DNA from: an uncultured Oscillospiraceae bacterium
Lineage (GTDB): Bacteria > Bacillota > Clostridia > Christensenellales > CAG-314
Reading direction: 5' to 3'
Assembly (NCBI GenBank): GCA_964533825.1
Contig: CAZHMU010000001.1
Location: 185,970 to 249,969, forward strand
DNA: 64,000 nt
Positions within the stretch are counted from its first letter, which is position 1. Each line of letters starts with the position of its first letter. Under the pieces are notes generated by a model. It made no database searches, was not told the origin of the DNA, and was given only the letters and a program-made list of their open reading frames with translations. Positions 8,682 to 17,613 of this stretch are shown here, piece by piece. The translations under genes were made by a program, and so were the position numbers.

Positions 8682-11141
8682 CTATATTGCACTGTCGCCA
8701 GATCTATGTGTAGAGTTGATAGGCTGCAAAACTTTGCCCACTTGTACGTTTACCAAATCGTATGCTTGAGTCCACTTGTCCAACATATCGTATGGGCAAA
8801 TGCAAGTGTGCTCTTTGTTGTGACGACGGAAGGATTTTTCCGCCTTGCCATAATCGGCATAAATCCAACCATTTGCCATATGAAAACGGTTCCAGCGAAG
8901 GTGCTCTACTCTTTCGCAATACTCGCGCTCGGCAACTTCGTCAACATGGCGGTAGTTAATGGCAAAGCTGTATGCACTGCGATTAGACTCGCGGGTAAAT
9001 GGTGTCACATCCAACCAAATGTCTTTGCGATACACGTCATCTTGCGCAATAAGGATCCAGTTGCCATCCCCATTAGCAAGACTATCGATAATGGATTGTT
9101 CTTTGACGGAAAGTTGACCTTGTGCACTACGCTCAACTTCCATTGCGTGAGAATTGATATTGTACATATAGTTGTACATACTTGCACTTTCGTCATCAAC
9201 AATGTTGTCGTATGACCAAATACTCTCACGGCAACCAAAGGAAACTACATTGAAGTGATCAGCAAAATACTGTTCGTCTTCCGTTGACCAGTTAAGACGA
9301 TAGATGTTCTTTTCATCGCGGATATGTACAAAGATTGTGATAATTTCCTTGTCTAATGTACCACGAGATTTGCCAGTCAAAAGCACCTCGTGCTTGAAAT
9401 CGTCAATCAAGATGTTTGCCATAACAAGGTTATCTTCGTCGTTGCCCATAGATACAACAAAGGAATTGTAGTGAACACTGTCCTTGTCGAAAAGTCCCAG
9501 AGATTTGTCAATACTGTTCATAAAGTCTTGACGCAAGCAGGATACGCGATGGTAGTCGATAATAGGAAATGCCATATCGTCCCAAACTTGGTCACGAGTC
9601 ATTTTGAGCGAAGAAGCTTGTGCCCTATCATAGATGTATTGCAATGCGTCGTTTGATGCACCCTTACCCCATTTGATGAGATCATCGTTAGCAACAGGCA
9701 TATGGTCGACATTATCGGACCTACACAAGAATAATGGGTGAGCATAGGCAAATTCGCCAGAGCGTTTGTCGGCGCCTATATCGTAAACATCGGCAATAAA
9801 TTGCGCTGAAACGTATCTATCATCCACTTTTGTGACATTGGATGTTGCAACAAATATACTCTTTAGTGCATATTGACCAGTTTTGCCAAAGCCAAATATT
9901 GCTGTGCGGTAAACGTTGCCTACACCTGGCATTGTGCTTTGACGGAAACGGTTGTAATCTTGTTTTGTATCGCAAAAATCAAATTTTTCTTGCCAACGGC
10001 TAACAAGGTCATCGCCTGTCAATTTTGCTTCACTCAAAATGTGCAGTTGGATACTGCGCAAAATCATTTGCTTTTTGCTGATTGTTTTGCCGTATTGGTC
10101 AACTACACTATCATTTTCGATGCTGTTTGCCTTGAAAAACTCATCCACAATAGCAGAAATGCGAGTGTTGTAGAACTCGTAGTTGATGTCACCGTGCGTC
10201 AACAAATAATAGTTGACAACCGTAGGGATAGGGCTTGTGTCTACAGTTTTTTTGCTAAATTTACTCAAACATTTTGCGTAGTCGTTGAGCAATGCGTAGA
10301 CATCGTCAAAAATAAAGTTACTGTTGTGGTTTTCCGCTGCGTACAAATTTTCGTCATTACGCAAAGAGAAGATGTGAACCATCTTGTTGTGATTGTATCC
10401 CTTGTCACGTTTTTGACAGCCCGTTTTAGTGTAATTTAGCTTTTTGAGTAAAGAAAGTTCTCTGTCCCTATCGGCAACTTTGCCATAGGACCAATAGATA
10501 TAGCCACGGTCCATAATTTGTCGATGCAGTTCGTTTTTGTGGTCGAAGGCTTCCAACTCGTTGCCCATAAACAAAATTGCATAGCTACCGCGCGCGCCAT
10601 TTTTCTCGGCACTTTCAATGTCAGCAGCCATGACAAGAGCTTCTTCGGTAACGTCAGGAAAGATGTACACTGTATCAAACTTGCGCAAAAATCCACCGAT
10701 TTTGAAAAAGGAATACACTTCGTAGCTGACACAAGTGGACAAAATGAGCAATGTGGAAACACCTGCATAGGCAACAGCACCATAGTACAAAATTTGTGCG
10801 CCAACGTCAATCATGCCCAAAAAATCGTTGGGTGCATAGGTTCCTTCGAAGGTAAGACCACCAATCAAAGCGTATAGTGCAAACAAACCACTGGATATAC
10901 CATCCCAAACGGAATCAAATCCACCGGCATCTTGTTTCACGTACAGTATTGCAACAATAAAACGAGCAATAAAGCTTACGGCAACTGTACCGCCCATGAT
11001 GATAATTTCGTTCATAAATTTGCGCTCTGGATGCTTTTGACGCAGTTTGAAGTAGGCAAGCAAAGTTACCCCCTCCAAAAGTGCCAGTACCAGTACGGCA
11101 AGTATTCCGAAAAGTATGGAAACAAGAATATCTGTCCACAT
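8682..11141 (-). CDS. Membrane protein with about 5 N-terminal TM helices, two Rossmann/RCK(TrkA-N)-like modules and a C-terminal RyR-repeat-like motif
   Basis: 819 aa; RBS AAAGGAG. Residues 1-150 are hydrophobic helices. Residues 412-430 (YRTAIFGFGKTGQYALKSI) form a beta-GxGxxG-alpha unit. FVVSMGNDEDNLVMANILID is TrkA-N-like. Residues 736-800 (EHLRWNRFHMANGWIYADYG...HNKEHTCICPYDMLDKWTQAYDLVNV) follow the bacterial RyR-domain pattern (EHxxW...GWxYG...K.HPxLvPYdeL...YD). Confidence 0.7.
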   Translation of the reverse strand: MWTDILVSILFGILAVLVLALLEGVTLLAYFKLRQKHPERKFMNEIIIMGGTVAVSFIARFIVAILYVKQDAGGFDSVWDGISSGLFALYALIGGLTFEGTYAPNDFLGMIDVGAQILYYGAVAYAGVSTLLILSTCVSYEVYSFFKIGGFLRKFDTVYIFPDVTEEALVMAADIESAEKNGARGSYAILFMGNELEAFDHKNELHRQIMDRGYIYWSYGKVADRDRELSLLKKLNYTKTGCQKRDKGYNHNKMVHIFSLRNDENLYAAENHNSNFIFDDVYALLNDYAKCLSKFSKKTVDTSPIPTVVNYYLLTHGDINYEFYNTRISAIVDEFFKANSIENDSVVDQYGKTISKKQMILRSIQLHILSEAKLTGDDLVSRWQEKFDFCDTKQDYNRFRQSTMPGVGNVYRTAIFGFGKTGQYALKSIFVATSNVTKVDDRYVSAQFIADVYDIGADKRSGEFAYAHPLFLCRSDNVDHMPVANDDLIKWGKGASNDALQYIYDRAQASSLKMTRDQVWDDMAFPIIDYHRVSCLRQDFMNSIDKSLGLFDKDSVHYNSFVVSMGNDEDNLVMANILIDDFKHEVLLTGKSRGTLDKEIITIFVHIRDEKNIYRLNWSTEDEQYFADHFNVVSFGCRESIWSYDNIVDDESASMYNYMYNINSHAMEVERSAQGQLSVKEQSIIDSLANGDGNWILIAQDDVYRKDIWLDVTPFTRESNRSAYSFAINYRHVDEVAEREYCERVEHLRWNRFHMANGWIYADYGKAEKSFRRHNKEHTCICPYDMLDKWTQAYDLVNVQVGKVLQPINSTHRSGDSAI

Positions 11142-11294
11142 ATTGAAAACTCCTTTTGTATGACAAATTAACTATATGTAATTGCAAAACCAGCTTGTTT
11201 TGTAACCGAAAATATTTTTGCAACGTAAATAAAGCTTGCATTGCGCAGGTTTTGCGATAAGTCATTATTCTACGCAAAACTAATTCTATTTGCA

Positions 11295-11303
11295 TATTAT
11301 ACC
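11295..11303 (-). promoter_or_regulatory. Extended -10 element (TGGTATAAT) upstream of the RyR-motif gene
   Basis: The minus strand reads TGGTATAAT, 154 nt upstream of ATG 11141. This implies transcription independent of the TIR gene and a long 5' UTR containing an 8-bp hairpin (gttttgcg/cgcaaaac). Confidence 0.35.
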
Positions 11304-11331
11304 ACAAATACAACAAAAGTTGTATCATTTG

Positions 11332-14300
11332 TTAGTACTTTCTCATTGCTTCGTACACTCGTTGTAGTAAGTTGGAACTTTCGTTGTCGTTTGGATCTTT
11401 GTCCAAAAGCATTTGAAGAACCTGCTCAGCCTTTTGCAGCGGCTCTATGCCAGCAAATTCGCCAAGGTAATAACAATAGTTGGCGAGCGATTTCCAATCG
11501 AGTGTATCGTTGGTTATATCAACAAGTTGCAGAGCCATCTCTATTGCTGGGGCAAAGTTTTCAATTGCCTCATCCAGCTGGCCCCTAAAGTAGTAGAAAA
11601 GACCCAACTGACAGCAAGCCTCAGCATGGAAACGAGTGGCCTTGATGTAAGATTTATCTACACTACCAAATCCATCGTCTTTGGGAGCGATCATACTGCG
11701 ACCTTGCTCATACAGTTGTTTTGCAATGTTGATGTACTCAATAAAGTTTTTACTGTCGTCAAGGTGCATATAGCAACGTGCAAGGTTCTCGCAATCGCAA
11801 GCGCAGGCAATGAGATTGCAGGCAGTACCATCTTGTTGAGCAATGGCAAGGCTATTAGATACAACCTGCAAAGCTTGTTCAAGTTGCGTTTCGTAGTCTT
11901 GCTCATCTTGATGCATTTCCGCCATCTTGCGACAAACATCCGCAACGACACTTTGATCGCACTGGCCGCTTTCCACAAAATTGTTAGCAAATTGCAATGC
12001 TTTGTCAAAGTACAATTTTGCTTGGTCCTTTTCGCCAAGCGCAAGACAACTTTTGGCAATGTTGCAGTAGATTTCTGGTATAAACTCAACATCAGCATAG
12101 CCAATAGCGCAAAGTTCATCCATGTGAGCAACGAGAGTATCCGCTGCCTCAATTTGACATTGCTTGGCTTTGTTGTATTGTTGCAAGTCGGTATACAAAC
12201 CACCCAACATATAATTGACTGTGTACAAACCAAGAAGATCCGACATTTGAGCGTTTTGCGCCATAGACTTGTAAATGGTCAGCTCTTGTTGGTAGTAGTC
12301 TACAGCCTTATCCAACTCGTCTAAATCGTAGTAGAACTCAGCAATAGCGGTCAACAATCCTGTGTAGGAGTTGCGCACCTTCACTGAGTCGGCACGATCC
12401 AAAAGACCCTGTGCTATATCCAAACCGTTCGTAAAGCATTGCAAAGCCCTGTCATCATCTTGTTGGTATGTGTGATAGTGAACGCCCAACTGCTTGAGAT
12501 CCACAACACATTGACGCCAGCTATCGACAGAATCGTGTTTTTGGGCGTAATCAAGGTCAATCTCGAAAGCTTTTAGATAGTATTCTAACGCTTTGTCGTC
12601 AGCCTTGCCATCGCACAAACCTGCCAGAACATAGTAGAACGGAGACATTTGCATTTGAGTGTGCTCATCTTTGAGTTCATCGTAGACACCCAACAAAACT
12701 TGCAAGCCCTTTTCATAAGACTGTTTACACTCGGGCCTTTCGTCAGCATATACATTGCCCAAACGATAGTAGCAATCAGCCAGCAAAACACGGAACTTTG
12801 GCGCTGTATTACTTTCGACAAGACTCAACAACAATTTTTCCGCTTTGAGCAACATTTCGATTGCACGTTCGGTATTGCCAATCTCGTCGTACATAATGCC
12901 AGCGGAGATGTAGCAGGAGGAAAGTTGATATTTTGTTTCCCCAATGGGAACGTCCTCCACTATTGTTTCGCGCAAATACACCGCTTTTAGTATGTAGTCT
13001 TCAGCATCTTGATAGTTGTCCAAAATGCGAGCATTGTCCGAAAGACTTTGCAAAGTCCAGGCAAGTGTTTGACGAGCATCAAGGCTGTCATTTTGATCGG
13101 TAAGTTGGATGGAAATATCCAATGATTTTAGATGCCAATCGCGTTCGCCGACAAAGTCCTCTTGCATATGACACAAATCCGCCATGCGCGAATAGGCCAC
13201 GAGCAACCAGTCTTGCGACTCAGCATCATTTTGCTCTTGGTTGAGTTTTTCTGCAATGGCCAATGCTTGTGTTGCCACTTGTTGTGCCTTGGGTATGTCG
13301 CAGGTGCTTTTGCATACATCAAACATATCAGTGTAGCATTGCATGAAAGAGAACAAATACTCATCGTCTTTAGAGATATCCTTGATAAGATTTAGTATTG
13401 TCAAGCGCGCTTCGTAGTACTTCATTGCCTCTTCGAAGTTACGCAAATCTTCGTGACATCGTCCCAAATTGCAATAGCAGGTTACTAAATCGTTGTACGT
13501 TTCTACATTTTGAGATTTTTCCGCCAACTGTTCAGCATAGTGCAAGCCCCAACGATAGTTTTCCAAAGCATCTGCGTAGGCAAATGTCTTGCGATACATT
13601 TCGCCAATAAAGTTGTAAGCATTGCAAAGCATACTGGCAGGTAGGTATCTTTCTGGCTCGGCTTTAGACCAATCATTGCAAAAGGCTTTAAGTTGTTGAT
13701 AAATTTCGATAGATTTTTCATATCGAAGCAAGGCATTGTACAAATCTGCAAGAGAAATCAACTCTGTTACGTAATCGCATTTTGTATCATAGTCAGCATT
13801 GTCAATATCAACAGTGAGCGTATCTACCAAGCGTTGTTGCCACTCTATAGCTTTGTTTACGTCACGCTCCACACCCTTGCCCTGCTTGTACATATGCACA
13901 ATGGTTTTATAAGAGTCAACGTGGCTTTTTTCTGCACAATAAGTGAGCATATCAAGCGCACGTGCGTGGTCAACTTCTACATCGATACCATCCAAATACG
14001 CCAAAGCAAGCAAATGGTAGCGAGGTAAATCGTCCTTAAGCTTGTTGTTACGCGGGAAAAAGCAAGACAACAGCTGCATAAGCATTTGTTCATCCGCTTC
14101 TTTGATTATTTGGGGCAGATTTTCGTACTGGCTTGCAAGTAGCGAGTAGTCAGTCAAAGCCATTTCTACAGGCAAAACAAGTTTACCAGACTTGACGGCC
14201 ATTGGATACTCCACCGCTTGAACATAGTTATCCTCGCACACAAGGTTTGGTGTGACCGCAAGCAAAAAAAGTTGGCTTTTGTTCAATGCATCGCCAATTG

Positions 14301-14931
14301 CGTTGTTGAAGTCCTCGCCAGGCACAAGGTACTCGTCGTACCAAATTGCCACGTCACGACAAGCTTCACTTTTGTGGATGAGTCGCATCAGACGTTGCGC
14401 GTGAGCGCGGTCCTTTTTGCGATAGCTCAAAAAGATGTAGGAACGAAAAGCAGCACGGATGACATTAGCCTTTTCGTCGCCTACAAGCACACTACCCAAA
14501 AAGCTTTGCAGTTTTTCTTGATAGGAGATTGCCGTTTCGTCCTTTTGATGTTTTTCAAGATATTGCGAATTGCCACAAACACTGTTGAAAAGCTGATCAA
14601 GACCTTGTTCTTGCATCAAAGGCAAAACAGGGATATGGCGTTTGATGGCAATATGGTAGTCAGCAATGCCCTTGTTGTGACCGAAAAGCAGTTTGGATGT
14701 AACTGGCATAACAAATAGTTGCATATCCGACAGACGACTTTCCCACTCTGCCGTATCTCCAGAGCCATCTGGTTGCTCATCGTAGAAAACGGTGCAGTTT
14801 ACCAGATTCAAAATTTCCTTTGACACACTTTCAAAATAGGTAGCAAAGTCGTCAGGATGACAGCAAAAGTAAACTCTTGGCTTGCCTTGTGGAGAAACAT
14901 CTTGACCGCGTGTCTTGAAATTGAGTAGCAT
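11332..14931 (-). CDS. Tandem TIR-domain protein fused to Sel1 and a long TPR-like repeat array
   Basis: 1199 aa; RBS AAGGAG. Residues 164-257 (YIFLSYRKKDRAHAQ...VAIWYDEYLVPGEDFNNAIGDAL..SQLFLLAVTPNLV...NYVQAVEYPMA) fit TIR_2. Residues 18-108 (RVYFCCHPDDF...VFYDE...LFVMPVTSKLL...IADYHIA) form a degenerate TIR-like copy. Residues about 300-350 (YLDGIDVEVDHARAL...MYKQGKGVERDVNKAIEWQQRL) are Sel1 repeats. The rest is helical TPR-like repeats. No Walker A motif seen. Confidence 0.85.
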   Translation of the reverse strand: MLLNFKTRGQDVSPQGKPRVYFCCHPDDFATYFESVSKEILNLVNCTVFYDEQPDGSGDTAEWESRLSDMQLFVMPVTSKLLFGHNKGIADYHIAIKRHIPVLPLMQEQGLDQLFNSVCGNSQYLEKHQKDETAISYQEKLQSFLGSVLVGDEKANVIRAAFRSYIFLSYRKKDRAHAQRLMRLIHKSEACRDVAIWYDEYLVPGEDFNNAIGDALNKSQLFLLAVTPNLVCEDNYVQAVEYPMAVKSGKLVLPVEMALTDYSLLASQYENLPQIIKEADEQMLMQLLSCFFPRNNKLKDDLPRYHLLALAYLDGIDVEVDHARALDMLTYCAEKSHVDSYKTIVHMYKQGKGVERDVNKAIEWQQRLVDTLTVDIDNADYDTKCDYVTELISLADLYNALLRYEKSIEIYQQLKAFCNDWSKAEPERYLPASMLCNAYNFIGEMYRKTFAYADALENYRWGLHYAEQLAEKSQNVETYNDLVTCYCNLGRCHEDLRNFEEAMKYYEARLTILNLIKDISKDDEYLFSFMQCYTDMFDVCKSTCDIPKAQQVATQALAIAEKLNQEQNDAESQDWLLVAYSRMADLCHMQEDFVGERDWHLKSLDISIQLTDQNDSLDARQTLAWTLQSLSDNARILDNYQDAEDYILKAVYLRETIVEDVPIGETKYQLSSCYISAGIMYDEIGNTERAIEMLLKAEKLLLSLVESNTAPKFRVLLADCYYRLGNVYADERPECKQSYEKGLQVLLGVYDELKDEHTQMQMSPFYYVLAGLCDGKADDKALEYYLKAFEIDLDYAQKHDSVDSWRQCVVDLKQLGVHYHTYQQDDDRALQCFTNGLDIAQGLLDRADSVKVRNSYTGLLTAIAEFYYDLDELDKAVDYYQQELTIYKSMAQNAQMSDLLGLYTVNYMLGGLYTDLQQYNKAKQCQIEAADTLVAHMDELCAIGYADVEFIPEIYCNIAKSCLALGEKDQAKLYFDKALQFANNFVESGQCDQSVVADVCRKMAEMHQDEQDYETQLEQALQVVSNSLAIAQQDGTACNLIACACDCENLARCYMHLDDSKNFIEYINIAKQLYEQGRSMIAPKDDGFGSVDKSYIKATRFHAEACCQLGLFYYFRGQLDEAIENFAPAIEMALQLVDITNDTLDWKSLANYCYYLGEFAGIEPLQKAEQVLQMLLDKDPNDNESSNLLQRVYEAMRKY

Positions 14932-15106
14932 AGTAGCTCCTTTTGAGAAAAACTTAAAGTTTGTTGCTTAAAGTATAACACAATATAAACACAAATGCAC
15001 TACTTTTTGTAAAAATGTAAGAATAATATTTAATTAATTAAGTAACATAGTGATAATGGTATCAGTATTACTTGTCCGTTGATACTTCGTCTGCAATAGT
15101 GGCAAT

Positions 15107-15150
15107 TTACCATCACGTCACCAACTGCTTACCATCATGTCACCAACTGC
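15107..15150. repeat. Tandem 22-bp direct repeat (2 copies, 1 mismatch)
   Basis: ttaccatcacgtcaccaactgc / ttaccatcatgtcaccaactgc, read directly. It lies 176-219 bp upstream of the TIR gene start. Confidence 0.9.
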
Positions 15151-15304
15151 TTGGTAGGCAAAGGCACACTTTGCATCAACAATTCGTTGGCGAAAGAGAC
15201 TAATTAGGCTGTAAATAAGTTTGCACTACCTAACTAAAGGTCATCAATATTGTCTGCGTAAATAAAATATTTCGATATTACACAAAAAAGATGGTTAAAA
15301 ACTG

Positions 15305-15333
15305 TTGCAATTTTTAGCAAACTTTGGTAAACT
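15305..15333 (+). promoter_or_regulatory. Possible promoter (TTGCAA-17-TAAACT) for the tRNA-Cys/tRNA-Leu pair
   Basis: Hexamers with 17-nt spacing, 15 nt upstream of tRNA-Cys. Confidence 0.35.
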
Positions 15334-15348
15334 ATACAAGACTCGTGT

Positions 15349-15422
15349 GGCACCATAGCCAAGTGGTAAGGCAGAGCTCTGCAAAAGCTTCACCCCCAGT
15401 CCGAATCTGGGTGGTGCCTCCA
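15349..15422 (+). tRNA. tRNA-Cys (GCA)
   Basis: Cloverleaf by hand: acceptor ggcacca/tggtgcc, anticodon stem gagct/agctt, loop cTGCAaa, T arm cccag-tccgaat-ctggg, encoded CCA. Confidence 0.92.
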
Positions 15423-15463
15423 AAACAAGCGTAGAGTGAAAAGCACTTTACGCTTTTATTTTT

Positions 15464-15550
15464 GCTGGTATGGCGGAATAGGCAGACGCAAGGGACTTAA
15501 AATCCCTCGGTAGAAATATCGTATCGGTTCGACCCCGATTACCAGCACCA
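15464..15550 (+). tRNA. tRNA-Leu (TAA), type II with long variable arm
   Basis: Acceptor gctggta/taccagc, D arm gcg-gaataggcaga-cgc, anticodon stem aggga/tccct with loop cTTAAaa, 15-nt variable arm, T arm atcgg-ttcgacc-ccgat, A73, encoded CCA. Confidence 0.92.
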
Positions 15551-15551
15551 A

Positions 15552-15581
15552 AAAGACTTTGCAAATTGCAAGGTCTTTTTT
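15552..15581 (+). terminator. Intrinsic terminator after the tRNA pair
   Basis: 12-bp stem aaagactttgca/tgcaaggtcttt (one G.U pair) followed by T6. Confidence 0.65.
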
Positions 15582-15840
15582 GTTGGCGTAAATTACGTGA
15601 CACAGACTTTTTTATGCCGAACCTGCGCAATTCGCCGCTAAAAAACAACAGGACAAGAAAGTTGATGTAGCAAAAAGCAACATAATACAAATGAAAATTG
15701 CTATATTTTAGTGCCGAAAAAGTTAAAACAAGAAACTTGTTTGTCAGCTTACCCGTCTAAATCGCGTTACCTCACTCTATAACTTTTGGAACGTAGTATT
15801 TTGAGTATTTTATAAGTTATTGCAAAAACACAAAACAAAA

Positions 15841-15871
15841 AGCGAACGATTTATAATTTTTATCGCTCGCT
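15841..15871 (-). terminator. Intrinsic terminator after yloV
   Basis: Stem agcgaacgat/atcgctcgct (1 mismatch). The minus strand is followed by tttttgttttgtg. Confidence 0.5.
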
Positions 15872-15911
15872 TTTTATATGTTAATAATTTATTAGAAGTT
15901 GCAAAAATAGG

Positions 15912-17582
15912 TTATTCTACGCTCAAAACATAGTAGTACAAGGGTTGTCCGCCATAGTGAAGGATAACTTCTGCATCTGGGTGAGAGTCTTGCAATTTTT
16001 CAGCAAAAGCTTCAGCCTCGTCTGCTGTAACGTCAGCACCATAGTACAAAGTGATAACTTCCTTGTCATCTGTCAACATACTGTCAATAAGTTCAGTAGT
16101 AACAGCTTCAATGTCTTTACCAGTTTTGACAATTTGTCCCTTGTCCAAACCGATAACATCGCCTTTCTTGATTGTAAGATTGCCCACAACTGTATCACGA
16201 ACAGCGTAAGTAACTTGGCCGGCATCCAAATCTGTAAAGGCGTCGGTCATGTTTTGAAGGTTTTCGTTCAATGGAGCATCAGCGTTGTACGCAATTACCG
16301 CTGCAAGACCCTGTGGAATATCCTTAGTGGGAAGAACAAAGATGTGGCGGTTTTTGATCAATGTACGAGATTGCTCTGCGGACAAAATAATATTTTTGTT
16401 GTTTGGCAAAATGATAACGTTTTCCGCATTGATTTTGCGCACTGCTGCAGCAATGTCATCTGCAGATGGGTTCATTGTTTGACCACCTTCAACAACTTGG
16501 TCAACAAGCAAATCCTTGAAAATCGCAGAGAAACCATCGCCAGCGCAAACAGCAAGCAAACCAACGGGCTTGCGTTCTGCTTCGTACTTAGCGCGGAGTT
16601 GTCTGTTTTGCTCCATCATATTTTCAATTTTTACTTTGTCAAGTTCACCAAGTGTCAAGGCTTTTGTCAAAGCTTTACCTGGTGTGTTGGTGTGAACGTG
16701 CACCTTGATAAGGCTCAAGTCACCAATACAAATTACGGAGTTACCAATTTCGTTGAGGTAATCACGAAGTTTGTCGATATCAGTTACTGTTGTGCGCTTT
16801 TTGATGTTGGTTACAAAGAACTCTGTGCAGTAGCCAAAGTCAAGCTCTTCCAAAGAGTCGTAGTCAACGATCATTTCGTCATCTGGGAACTCGGAGCTGT
16901 TTTGATCGCCCTTGCTTTGAAGTTCGTATTGTTCGCCACCGGAAATTTCTTGATCAAGGTAACCCATGATGAGTCCCTTGAACAGTGTGATGAGTCCGTA
17001 TCCACCACTATCTACTACGCCTGCGCGCTTGAGAGGTTCGAGCATATCTGGAGTCTTTTCCAAAACTTCTTCGCCCTTTTCAAGAACGTAGTTCATCAAC
17101 TTTTCGATACTTGTTGTACGCTTTGCTTCGTCAACGGCAGCCTCCGCCATACCGCGGATAACTGTCAAAATTGTGCCTTCCTTAGGTTTGCTTACAGCGC
17201 GGTAAGCAAGTTCAGCGCCTTCCTTCAATCCATTTGCAAATTGACGTGTGTTGCAATCGTCACACTTTGCAATGACATTGGCAAAGCCTTTCAAAATTTG
17301 TGACAAAATAACACCGGAGTTACCTCTTGCACCACGCAATGCGCCCTTTGCAAGTTTGTCAGCAAATGTAGACATTGATGTGTCTGTCAAAGAGGAAATT
17401 TCCTTAACAGCGGACATCATTGTCAAAGACATATTTGTACCTGTATCTCCATCGGGTACAGGGAATACGTTCAAAGCGTCAACTTTCGCTTTGTTTATTT
17501 CCAAAAGTTTACCACCAGCGATAAACATACGTTTCATCACCGATGCTGTTACGTGAGTTTTTACTGTATGTGCAGAAGCCAT
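15912..17582 (-). CDS. yloV: DAK2-domain fusion protein YloV
   Basis: 556 aa. The N-terminus has LNVFPVPDGDTGTNMSLT (DhaL/Dak2 motif). It lies downstream of an Asp23 gene and opposite rpmB, the classic Firmicute arrangement. Confidence 0.9.
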   Translation of the reverse strand: MASAHTVKTHVTASVMKRMFIAGGKLLEINKAKVDALNVFPVPDGDTGTNMSLTMMSAVKEISSLTDTSMSTFADKLAKGALRGARGNSGVILSQILKGFANVIAKCDDCNTRQFANGLKEGAELAYRAVSKPKEGTILTVIRGMAEAAVDEAKRTTSIEKLMNYVLEKGEEVLEKTPDMLEPLKRAGVVDSGGYGLITLFKGLIMGYLDQEISGGEQYELQSKGDQNSSEFPDDEMIVDYDSLEELDFGYCTEFFVTNIKKRTTVTDIDKLRDYLNEIGNSVICIGDLSLIKVHVHTNTPGKALTKALTLGELDKVKIENMMEQNRQLRAKYEAERKPVGLLAVCAGDGFSAIFKDLLVDQVVEGGQTMNPSADDIAAAVRKINAENVIILPNNKNIILSAEQSRTLIKNRHIFVLPTKDIPQGLAAVIAYNADAPLNENLQNMTDAFTDLDAGQVTYAVRDTVVGNLTIKKGDVIGLDKGQIVKTGKDIEAVTTELIDSMLTDDKEVITLYYGADVTADEAEAFAEKLQDSHPDAEVILHYGGQPLYYYVLSVE

Positions 17583-17613
17583 TTTATGTTCCTCTCAAAT
17601 TTTCGTATAGTAA

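Noticed and set aside
15107-15150. CRISPR array hypothesis for the tandem repeats here and at 60587-60653.
   Set aside because: There are only 2 and 3 units. They are contiguous or separated by spacers of only about 8-10 bp, far shorter than CRISPR spacers, and there are no cas genes. No CRISPR array is present in the window.
15448-15690. 80-aa minus-strand ORF spanning tRNA-Leu(TAA).
   Set aside because: It overlaps a well-folded tRNA and its terminator and has no RBS. The ORF at 56560-56808 over the second tRNA-Leu is rejected for the same reasons.
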